Positions 54,285-64,000 of a DNA stretch of 64,000 bases are shown piece by piece. The number at the start of each line of letters is the position of its first letter. Positions within the stretch are counted from its first letter, which is position 1. This stretch comes from Phoronis australis (taxonomy: Eukaryota > Animalia > Phoronida): positions 124,001 to 188,000 of the forward strand of contig NMRA01000677.1 of the NCBI GenBank assembly GCA_002633005.1, in the 5' to 3' direction. The notes below the pieces were generated by a model. That model searched no databases. It was not told where the DNA came from and was given only the letters and a program-made list of their open reading frames with translations. Made by a program: the position numbers and the translations under genes.

Positions 54285-54382
54285 ACACTGACTGAGTTGA
54301 CAGAGTTACTATCGTCCAGTAACAACTTTGCCAATTACAGAAGGGCGATTGGCCAAGCAGAGGGATTCAGAATACCTATACT
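54285..54382 (+). CDS. RASGRP: RasGRP exon 8 (CDC25)
   Basis: TLTELTELLSSSNNFANYRRAIGQAEGFRIPI(L)|gtgagt. Confidence 0.96.
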
Positions 54383-54577
54383 GTGAGTGTGCTTTGGTGA
54401 CAATGTTTTGTGTAAAATGGTTTAAGGTTATGTAGGACCTTAGAAAACGTGTCCAAATTTGGCACCGTAATGGCGGTTTTGGTATTTCATGGTGAACATT
54501 TAACATTTGTTGAACATGTGCTGCCACTGTGAAAGAAAAGCTTGACATTATACTCTCAGTGTCTCTTTCGTTTTCAG

Positions 54578-54755
54578 TGGTGTCCACCTAAAAGACATGA
54601 TATCATTGCACACAGCTCTACCAGATAAGTTGGAGAATGATCAAGTCAACTTCAGAAAGATGGTCCAACTAAGTATGATCTTCACAGAGTTGACACGTCT
54701 ACAGAATGCCACGCCCCCGTGTGACGCCAACATCGATCAAGTCAACACATTACGT
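54578..54755 (+). CDS. RASGRP: RasGRP exon 9 (CDC25 helical hairpin)
   Basis: GVHLKDMISLHTALPDKLENDQVNFRKMVQLSMIFTELTRLQNATPPCDANIDQVNTLR|gtgagt. Confidence 0.96.
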
Positions 54756-55117
54756 GTGAGTCTCTTGACCTTTATAGAGGTCAGCGTGACCTGGACGTTT
54801 GAGTTGGAATGCTATAATCCAGATGCTTGTATCGGGATGGCCGCATTTTCCATAGTTAAATAGTTTTCATGAACTAATCCTTTTTGCTTTGTTCCATTTC
54901 ATCAAAGTTTTTGTGGGAATTATACAAACGTGAGCAAACTTGTTGGGCAGCTGCAGTGAAGTTTCTGCCATCCTTAGAAATAACGGCGAGTTAATATTAG
55001 TAAGTGTATAAGTAAATAACATTAGGTATATTGAATTCTGTCATGTTTCGCTCAGTAATGGAGATAATAAATTGTAACTAAAATAAAAAGTTAATCTACC
55101 ATTGTTTACGTCTCCAG

Positions 55118-55198
55118 CTTTGTCTTGACTTGGTGTACACTGAAGATGAAATCTACGAGTTGTCATTAGCTAGAGAACCAAGGAACTCAGTGTCATCC
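55118..55198 (+). CDS. RASGRP: RasGRP exon 10 (CDC25 end)
   Basis: [27 protein letters not shown]|gtaagt. Confidence 0.96.
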
Positions 55199-55759
55199 GT
55201 AAGTTGTCAGCATTTATGCATATTCCGCTATCTTCACTAATTAATTAGTGCAACACGCTCACTATTTAACGATACTTGTTTTCAAAAATGCCAACTCTTC
55301 ATCAAAGTTTCAGCCAAAATCATGTAGGAAATCATAAGTAAGTTAATTTCAAGTCGATGTTTTTTCAACTAGAACATTTTTTAAACTGTCGAGTAACATT
55401 TCGTTTCATTACTTAAATTAAATTATAATGACAATATACTGTAAAATAGCACTTATTTAGGACAAAATATGGCGAACACTTGAAACTGTATTTTTCATCA
55501 GTTTTTTTCTTTGAAGATAAATAATATATGGTGACAATTCATTTTTAATTTCTGTATCATAGCTACTTTGAGAAAGTGTTTTGAAAAATTGAGGGTATTC
55601 ACAACTGTGTTAGAATAGGATTACTTATGGCAGCTAGTTCTGCTTGAATTTGTTGAGATTTTACCGTAAACAGTCTGAGGCTCTGTTTCGTGCGGGAAAC
55701 TCAAACTTTTCAAAATGTAATAGATGAACTGTTCACCTTACGGCTTGTGTCCATTACAG

Positions 55760-55861
55760 CCTCCAACTCCTACTAAACCAGTGGTGTTCGCCGACTGGTT
55801 AGACGGTGTCAGTCCACCAGATGTCGACACAATCAACAAACATGTCCATGATATGGTAGAG
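55760..55861 (+). CDS. RASGRP: RasGRP exon 11 (CDC25-EF linker)
   Basis: PPTPTKPVVFADWLDGVSPPDVDTINKHVHDMVE|gtaaga. Confidence 0.95.
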
Positions 55862-56027
55862 GTAAGAACTTGAAACAGTCTTATAATTACTTATTATTGG
55901 ACCTCAGGTGTAACCTACAAACAATCTTTAATTTGGGAAATACTTGTTATTTAGTGAATTCGTCTATGCCTGGTTTCCTTACGCATACTAACATTTGAGT
56001 TTTGTAAAATAAATATATTTATTTATT

Positions 56028-56220
56028 AGGTGATACCTTTAGTTCTTGTCCACTTCCAGTTACCGAATAGTTAAGGTAACCTTATGTTCTATTAAAACTT
56101 AGACATTAATTTTTCATTATTATAAGGTGATACCTTTAGTTCTTGTCTACTTCCAGTTACCGGATAGTTAAGATATTCTTATATTCAATTTAAACGTTGG
56201 GCATTATTTTTACATTATTC
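56028..56220 (+). repeat. About 97-bp tandem duplication
   Basis: aggtgatacctttagttcttgtc..cttccagttaccg..atagttaag at 56028 and 56125. Confidence 0.85.
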
Positions 56221-56434
56221 AGTCTCTTGTTTAACTCCTGGTGACTGGTTGCATTGTGATTACTGACTTTCGAATGCGTTTGAAAACGTGAAAGTTAATT
56301 AAAACATGAAATTGCTACATGAAAAACACCTCCTTACACAAGGTTTCTAACATGCTGTCGTTTTCATTCGGAAACGTGTCAGTTATGACCTTAGTTAAGA
56401 ACACAATTATTTTCCCAAGAGTCTACCTCAGTAA

Positions 56435-56520
56435 TGAGATGTGACCTTATTAATGATGTTGAGCACTTTCACTCCCTCTATAGGCAGTCTTCAATAACTA
56501 TGACCTCAGTAAAGATAGAG
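56435..56520 (+). repeat. Diverged duplicate of the exon 12 acceptor and exon start (pseudo-exon)
   Basis: attaatgat..gagcactttcactc.ctctatag|gcagt.ttcaa.aactatgacc occurs twice, with acceptors at 56483 and 56615, 132 nt apart. Confidence 0.85.
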
Positions 56521-56615
56521 CCAAGTACCTTCACTTATAGAACACTTGCTTCTGGGGACTGTTTAATGATGTATGACTTCATTAATGATATGGAGCACTT
56601 TCACTCTCTCTATAG

Positions 56616-56731
56616 GCAGTATTCAAGAACTATGACCATGACAGAGATGGCTTCATTTCCCACGATGAGTTTGACCAAGTTGCTGGCAACTTTCCTTTCA
56701 TTGAGTCCTTCTGTGTCTTAGACGCCGATCA
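56616..56731 (+). CDS. RASGRP: RasGRP exon 12 (EF-hand 1, start of EF-hand 2)
   Basis: [38 protein letters not shown](Q)|gtaagt. Confidence 0.96.
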
Positions 56732-57698
56732 GTAAGTGATTTAGTGACCATGAGTCAGATTTAAACTTTTTAATTTTTGCCCCTTCGATTAATTGCATTC
56801 AATGAAAAAGAAGTGTACTCGAACCTCAATTTTTATAAGGCACTTGATGTTCAGTTATAAAATATTGTACTCTTGAGTTTCTTTTCTTGGTTATTGTTCA
56901 TACTACCTTAAGTGTTTCTTGCCAGACATGTGGTCACATACCATGGTTCCATTTTACGTTAACTTATAACCGTTGCGTGTATCATACGTCTGGACCCTTT
57001 CTGTACAAGTCACAGAGCTCTCAAATTCTGTGAAAGCTAGAGAGGGAATAGTATACTATGAGAAGTGTGAAGACTTAAAGTCATATTATTTAGTGCTGCA
57101 TGAATGGGCCAAAATAAAATAAAATAAGAATGGAACAGTTTATGAATCCAAACATAACGCTAGTAAGCTCCATTTCAACCATTATACAACTATACAAAAC
57201 AAATGGTTACCAATATTTCACACTTAAATGAGGATCACAAAATCAAATCAAAGTATATTTGATCCTTGCCATTGTGTGAAGCCAGATATCCCAAGGTAAT
57301 AGACATATCAGCTAAACAGCCCTCACTATGAATTATTTAAAATAACCTTTGTCTAATGAGGGTGGATCTATAGCAAACAAAGGAATCAACTTTGGTGAAC
57401 GAAAATTTGTTACGTAATGCTCACGGAAACTCAAGAACGCCAATGACGTGCAAAGGCTAGTAATCTTGCATATTTTCTTATTTAAATAAAAACTTAAAGG
57501 TATTCCACAGTTTTTCAATTACGAAATTGTGTTATTACATATATTTGTAACATAGATCAATTTATTTATACACCTACAAAATATGTCAATCGACAGATAC
57601 TTGCAATGTTGGAAAGATTTTGTGTTAGTTTTGCCCAAATAATTTTGTGTCGCGTTTGTTGCTTTGCTCCTTCTTCCTGTTATCTCCCTTGTTTTCAT

Positions 57699-57703
<5 letters not shown>

Positions 57704-57730
<27 letters not shown>
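57704..57730 (+). repeat. (TG)n microsatellite
   Basis: About 13 TG units. A smaller imperfect one lies at 43009-43032. Confidence 0.9.
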
Positions 57731-57819
57731 ACTACACGTGTATATAAAGCGTTATGCTTTGACCTAGATATAACATTATGGGTACCACTCGTGTTTCACA
57801 ATATTCTCTGTGCTCACAG

Positions 57820-57995
57820 AGATGGTTTAATCAGCAAAGCAGAGATGAAGACCTATTTTGTTCGTGCCAACTTCCACGCCCTGAGGAGTCACTTCAAGCA
57901 TGACTTCCACGAGACGACCTACTTTAAGCCTACGTACTGTGTACGCTGTACAGGTCTACTATGGGGACTCATCAAGCAGGGATGGAAATGCAGAG
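57820..57995 (+). CDS. RASGRP: RasGRP exon 13 (EF-hand 2, C1 domain first part)
   Basis: DGLISKAEMKTYFVRANFHALRSHFKHDFHETTYFKPTYCVRCTGLLWGLIKQGWKCR g|gtgaga. Confidence 0.97.
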
Positions 57996-58053
57996 GTGAG
58001 AATGTAGCCAGGGTTTATATTGGGATTCGATTACTTAAAGCAGCTATAAACAT

Positions 58054-58255
58054 GGGGCCCATTCCAGGAAACTGACTTACGTTCATGTCTTTTACTCGAG
58101 TCTAAGATTTGTCTCAACTTCCAAATTTGGAAACTTCCACCGCCACTAAGTTAGTCAAAATTAGGACAAAACTTAAGACGAAAACTTTAGTAGTCTATCT
58201 TAAAATTGAGTGAAATTTAAGATTTATCTTAGCCAGTTCCCTTGCAATGAGCCCC
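58054..58255. mobile_element. PIF/Harbinger-like MITE
   Basis: Imperfect TIR ggggcccattccaggaaactg / cagttcccttgcaatgagcccc. Confidence 0.5.
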
Positions 58256-59408
58256 TGCCCACCGTTGCGCAATAAATAACTTTTGATTTAGACCACTTAC
58301 AGATGTGAAATGGGTCTCAAATTATTCCTTAGTGCAATTACTTGTGATTTCTGAGTTTAGGAAGAGCTGACGGTTGTTACTGCTTGAGACAAGACGCTAC
58401 ACGATGACTTGTCACAGCGTGTCATTTTAATCGCCGAGCTTGACCCCAAGCAATAAGGAACTGGTGCTCTTTGCAACAGTGAAAGCCACCTCTTATCAAA
58501 ATAAGGAACTAGCTCAGTCCAATTTTATAGCTTAGGTGGCGCCTTCTGTGGCCTTAATCAACGATTAGTTTCTTCAGTGGAACACTGCTTTGATATGACG
58601 TAACGTTACAGAATTAGTCGTCTTGTTTCTAACTCTGGTTAGAAATGATTCCTTGGCTTGAGAAGAGCTGAAATGTTGTTATTGGTTCAGACTAGGCGCA
58701 TGAAGTTTGCTTGTCACTGATACTAAGCCTGCGAAGCAGTAAGAATGTCAGGGGCATACCAGCCTTTTTGTTGTGACCAATAATTTAATTCAAACAAAGA
58801 CTGAGAACAGAGTGACATTGCTTTGGAAGAGCAAATGTGTTTCTACTCGAAATCCTATAGCAAATTGATCAATTCCATGCCACGGTTCAAATAAAATTGC
58901 AATGTTGTACTTGAATAATGCGACGTGGTTGTTTAAGTTTTGAGATGGAGTCTGAGTCCAGTCTGTCAGTATGGTTCAGTCAGTGAGAAAAAGTAGCCAA
59001 GATTTGTCTGGAAATGAATCATCATTCCAGGTTATTGTTAAACTTAACTCAATTTGGAGATCACTGTGGCTCTTATGCCCTGGAGTGGAGCCTGACCACC
59101 AACCCCTTATTGTTCTTATTCAATGGACAATTTGATCCGTTAAAAGGATCATTGGTCACTGAAAATCAACTTGCCTGATACTTGGTAAGATAGCCAGGTG
59201 TCCATGTTTGTATTGCCATGCAATGGTTGCTTGCAGGCTCTTGCACCATCTGTTCTTGGCAAATATATCTTGGGGCAGATGTTGACTTGCAAGGCCTGGA
59301 ATTAAGTCTGTGTTTGGAATGTTTCAGTTTAACATGGAAAATCCTTAAATGTAGCAAAGTTGTGACATCTTAATTATTTTAGAGTCTGACATATTGATTG
59401 CAGGTCTG

Positions 59409-59728
59409 GTATATGTTTTTGTCAACAAACTGTTTTCTACCTTCAGTACTAAAACATTAAAAATATGTGTTATTGAATGGTAAAGCATCTGATTCACCAA
59501 TTTTTGACAAAAATTATTGCTAAAATTTGTCTTTTTTCAAATGTTTCTTATGTTCTTTTTGGAGATCTGATGAGGTATGTTTTTGTCAACACACTGTTTG
59601 CTACCTTCAGTTATTAAAAACATTAAAACTATGCATTTTCATAGTGTTATTGAGCGGTAAAATATCACCAATTTCAGACAAAAATTGCTAATTAAAAAAT
59701 TGATTGTTTTTCAAATGTTTCTTATATG
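59409..59728 (+). repeat. About 165-bp diverged tandem duplication
   Basis: tatgtttttgtcaaca.actgttt.ctaccttcagt..caccaattt..ttttcaaatgtttcttat occurs twice. Confidence 0.8.
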
Positions 59729-59973
59729 TGCACATTAGTTTGTCAAATTATTGTGTGATGGTAGCTATAGTATAGAATTTAATATTTATCTTTCTTTAAG
59801 TATTTATTTGGTACAAGTAACCTTTTATTGAAAAAAATGAAAAAAGCAAAATTTCACTTAATGTCCACCCTGTTATGAGACATTCTAAATCGGTGAGGTT
59901 TTAACCATAAGTGTCGTTCTATCCTGGAGTAAACTCAGGAGCAAAATTTGAGGCAACTTTTTTGCTCTTGCAG

Positions 59974-60105
59974 AATGTGGAATCAACGCCCACAAACATT
60001 GTCGAGATTTGGTTGTGTACGAGTGTCGTCCTAAAGTGAATGCCGGTAGTTCTGGGAAAGGAGGCGGAGGCAACCTGTTGACACCCAACGGCAGTCCCCC
60101 GACTA
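59974..60105 (+). CDS. RASGRP: RasGRP exon 14 (C1 end, Gly/Ser linker)
   Basis: (E)CGINAHKHCRDLVVYECRPKVNAGSSGKGGGGNLLTPNGSPPT a|gtgagt, completing the C1 zinc ligands. Confidence 0.95.
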
Positions 60106-60949
60106 GTGAGTATACGGTAATTGTCCGGATAAATGCCCAGGGCGTTAAATACAAAAATTTGCTGGTGAACATTAGTTAATCTGAATGGAATTTTAAAGGG
60201 AAATTGATTAAAATGTTGGGGAGGGAGACAAGCCAACTGTGGATGGGTATTTATCTGGTTAGTTACGTAAGTATAGCTGTCGGTAGTATGATTGTAAAAT
60301 GTTTAATATTATACCCGTTCAGACAGTTATGTGCCTGTGCTCAAATTTTCAATAATTTCAATTTTAACTGTCTGTCATTTTACATGAACATTCTAAGTTT
60401 ATAGGGTCAGGACTACTTGAAGCGTCCATGTTTTTGTGTGTTACCCGACAAAGAGCTTCTCCCAAAATGCATGCATTGATTGTGCTTCCTGTTTTTGTTT
60501 ATCACAGAAATAGGGCCAGAACAACGTCCTTTGTTGCACCATGCGTTAACTTGTTCTTGTAGTTGTGGAATTCCTTATACCTAGTTCTTCCCAAACACAG
60601 TTTCTTCCCAGTTATTTGGAATTAGGCACATTCTAGCCTTAACCCCATCACAGATGTGAATGCCTACTAGCTCATTCAAATGCCTCAAACAAAGTTAACT
60701 GAGCTTACAGCTCACGTTGAGGCGCTTAAGCCGTAAACTCATTCACTTGTTCACGTCAGGATGTGTGCTGGGAACTTAGCTTACTTTCTCTTGTAGCAGT
60801 CAGCCGAGCTGTATCACGCCATCTGCGTGGGCCCTTGAAGGTCATTGAACTGAAGATCCGCTTGACATTAAAATATTCATGAGCACTGGGCTTTAAACAC
60901 ACTAAAGTAACGAGCCATAATTTCTGCTACTATTACTGTTATCTATCAG

Positions 60950-61188
60950 GTACGCACAGCTCAAAACTCATCACAGAAAGTAGTAAGAGAAAAATGTCAC
61001 AAAGGAATCGCCGCCTGCGCTCGCACAGGTCAACTCAGACCAATGAGATAGAGAACGGAAGTCTACCTGGAACGCCACAGTCCAACAGGAAAGGATCAAC
61101 TGAGAGCACATCTGGAGGGACGCCGTCCGATGTTGAATTTTATGAAGAACAAGCCACGCTATACGAACGCTTGTTGGAAGCAGAGGAG
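60950..61188 (+). CDS. RASGRP: RasGRP exon 15 (basic region, TQT motif, coiled-coil start)
   Basis: tatcag|gt THSSKLITESSKRKMSQRNRRLRSHRSTQTNE...LYERLLEAEE|gtaaac, phase 1 to 0. Confidence 0.88.
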
Positions 61189-61648
61189 GTAAACAATATT
61201 TATCTGCAGATTATCTTCCTCTCCATCTCGTAAAATTAAAATTTGGTTTGGGTTTACAATAGCTAGTCTCAATTCTAAACATTTGTGATTTTCAAAAAAA
61301 AATAATTTTGACAGAATGTTTCCGTTATAAGTCTCTCAGAAATTATTTTTTTGGTTTTTTGATATATGACTTGTTCTATTTAAAGCAAGTACTTTTTCTT
61401 ATGATATAAATATAAATTTGCATTGTCTTGAGTGTTTGTGACTGTGTAAAGCCAATTTGCCTCCCTGCCAATTAGTCTCCATTTTGTGCCATCTCATATT
61501 CACTACTGTCTCAGCAACAAATTGGTCACCGCATGTGCCCCTGAACTGGTAACCCCTTGGCATGAAATATTAATAAAAATTTCTTGAGAATTAATCGCAT
61601 AAAGATAATTCAATGCTTTTATGTGTTTTCATTTAAATTTTATTCTAG

Positions 61649-61819
61649 GCAAGAGACAGAGCCATCCGTGAAGCCAATGAACTGAAAACAGAGGTGAAAG
61701 TAATGAATGAACAAATCTCAACACTGAAGGGGCACGTGCGTCTCATTCGGCAGCACACAATATCATTTATACTGGACCAGATGGACACACTGCATATACA
61801 GAGGGACACAGAAGTGTGA
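61649..61819 (+). CDS. RASGRP: RasGRP terminal exon 16 (coiled coil, C-terminal DTEV)
   Basis: ttctag|ARDRAIREANELKTEVKVMNEQISTLKGHVRLIRQHTISFILDQMDTLHIQRDTEV*. Confidence 0.88.
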   Translation, partial: ARDRAIREANELKTEVKVMNEQISTLKGHVRLIRQHTISFILDQMDTLHIQRDTEV

Positions 61820-63734
61820 TTTTGTGGCAGTGTTGATGTATTTTATGTGTATCTGTGGTCAAAAATTGTAACGGGAACTGTTCATCTAGTTGATCAGCAA
61901 CGTTCAAGGCAAAGAATTTCTGCGACTGAAGAATCAATGTGGTCTGACCACTGAACAGAAATACCTGCATGGAATTTTGATTAAAGACCCATACAATGCC
62001 AAATGGGTCATACTGAAAGCAAACAACAAGAAATCAAGTTTGAGGTAACGAACAATGTAGTATAAGCAATCAGTGTACTCCTCTCGGTCCGTAGTGTATC
62101 TTGTGTAAAATTATAAGCACAAATGTAAACCTTAAAAAGGTTCCACCCAAACCGCCACCAAAGCAAATTTTTTTAAGATGACACTGTATATGGCTTTGAG
62201 AAGTTTAAGGCAGTTATGTCTTATTTAATGAACATGTAAATTAACATTGTTTACACGCTACTCTGGATGTTCTGAGCTCAGTAGTACCAGCTGCATAAAT
62301 TATGTTGATTAGTACAAGAATGAATATTAGTGTAACTCAACATCTAAATTTAAAAGTTTACGCATTTATTGTAATTTTCCGAGTCAGTGAATTTTGTAAC
62401 ATGTGAAGTGAAATTTGTGTTTTCATCATTTCTGCTCCGGATTATGATTTTGAGACATGGTTCACATGTAGTTACTGGATATGGTGTTGTAGAATTAACA
62501 TATAATTTACATATTCATCTCGTAATAAGAGACAGCTGCTTTAAAACCAAAATACTCGTGCCAATTGTTGCAGCTGTGAACAACGTTACTGAAATACAGT
62601 GTCACGTAGAGAACTACAGTCTCAAGGTTGATCATGGTTATGACACTCCGAATGCAGTGAAGGAAATTCACTTCATTGAAGTTTGAGAGTTCAGACGTAT
62701 GAAAGACGTTGATGATAGTGGATAGTTAGATATTTGACAAACCAGTTTCAACAAAATTGGTACTATTTTTATATTATTTTTGTGATTGAACTTCAAACGA
62801 CAATATATCAACCACTACCTGGCATTTCTCAACCAGGAACTATGAATGTCGGTTAGGATTACAATAGGCACTTTTATGAAAGGCTTCTTTTGTTAGGGGA
62901 TTAGGGAAAAGAGATGGGTGATAGTGATAACCGCTCCATTTCTCCTTCCCTGTTTGTGGCAACATTGTTTCTCAACTAATTTAGACACCGGGGACTAAAT
63001 CCATCATTGAAAATTGCAAGTTGGTTAACTACAACAGAACATTTTGGGCTTGGAGAGGGTAGCAAGTCCACATTGTGGCTTAGAATTTTGCGGAGGAATG
63101 TAAATCTTGGGTGTCATTCACACACAATAGGTCTTTTGGAATTGACATTATTACAAGGTCTGTGAAAGCGGGTCTTTGTCAGCCCCGCTTTTAGTCATAC
63201 AACTCCCAGTTGGACTATGTAACTAAACATAGCTTAACAAAGGGTTTATAGTCCTTGTAGTTAATTGTTTTATTACCCCTTTGGATTCTGAATAGTGGAG
63301 CCCAGAACTGCAACTGTTGTTCCTGCATTGAAATCTCCCTACCTCTATTGTATAACCTTCCTGAACAAAACAATGGGACGACTTGACTCTTGTACACCAG
63401 TGCTTATCAGGGTAATCTTAACACCCCCCTTCCCCCAAAGAATGCTGTGAACTTGGAATGGAGGAGTGCCGTGACATAGACAATTTTCTACTGGTAGTGA
63501 TCAAGCCATGGTCCAATTTGGTGTCACTTAGAAAATAGAAAGTATGTTGGTAGTTACTTGCAGTTTGGAAATAGCATATACTGTAAATGTCCTCTTTGAT
63601 GTTCGTAAGTTAGTGAGGGTGTTATTTATTTCTTGTTTATTATTTATTTATTTATTTTATTTATTTCATTAATTTATTGTAACGTTTGCATTCCGTTTTA
63701 TCTGTAAGTTATTAGTCTCCGTGTTGTAAACATA

Positions 63735-64000
63735 ATCGGCCAATTTCATAAAGGTGGTTTATAGTGAAACCTGGTTTAAATTGGACTTAGACCAGGTTTA
63801 AAAGTAATCATATTCTGCATTTCATAAAGGTGGTTTAACTTTTAGACCAGTGGTCTAGTAAAACCTGGTTTAACTCCAGTTTAGACCTGGTCTAAGCCAG
63901 TTTTCATTTCACCAACAAAGTCAATATTCCTTTGACCTGTATTAAGATCTTAAACCTGGTTAAACTTCAGGCCTGGTCAGACCCAGGTTTAACACTGTTA
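63735..64000. mobile_element. Harbinger-like non-autonomous element, truncated by window edge
   Basis: ggccaatttcataaag terminus with many aaacctggtt / accaggttt subterminal repeats. Confidence 0.55.

Overview
AT-rich eukaryotic (metazoan, probably marine invertebrate) genomic DNA; most entries in the ORF track are spurious. Two genes lie head-to-head. On the minus strand are the first two coding exons of an ARHGAP11A-like RhoGAP (3470-3354, 457-369), which runs off the left edge. On the plus strand is a RasGRP-family Ras-GEF with 16 coding exons (37048/37071-61819, 743 aa from the ATG at 37071; the true start may lie upstream): REM, CDC25, two EF-hands, C1, TQT motif, coiled coil and C-terminal DTEV. 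All exon phases join in frame. One RasGRP intron (44321-48252) is a minor-spliceosome (U12-type) GT-AG intron with nested U2-type sites. A further branch-point/AG/ATATCCTT junction lies at about 49217, and a duplicated decoy acceptor precedes the EF-hand exon. The rest is intron and intergenic DNA with MITEs, foldback elements, SINE/LINE relics and tandem repeats. I found no clearly new biological system; the best leads concern splicing regulation and lineage-specific RasGRP features.
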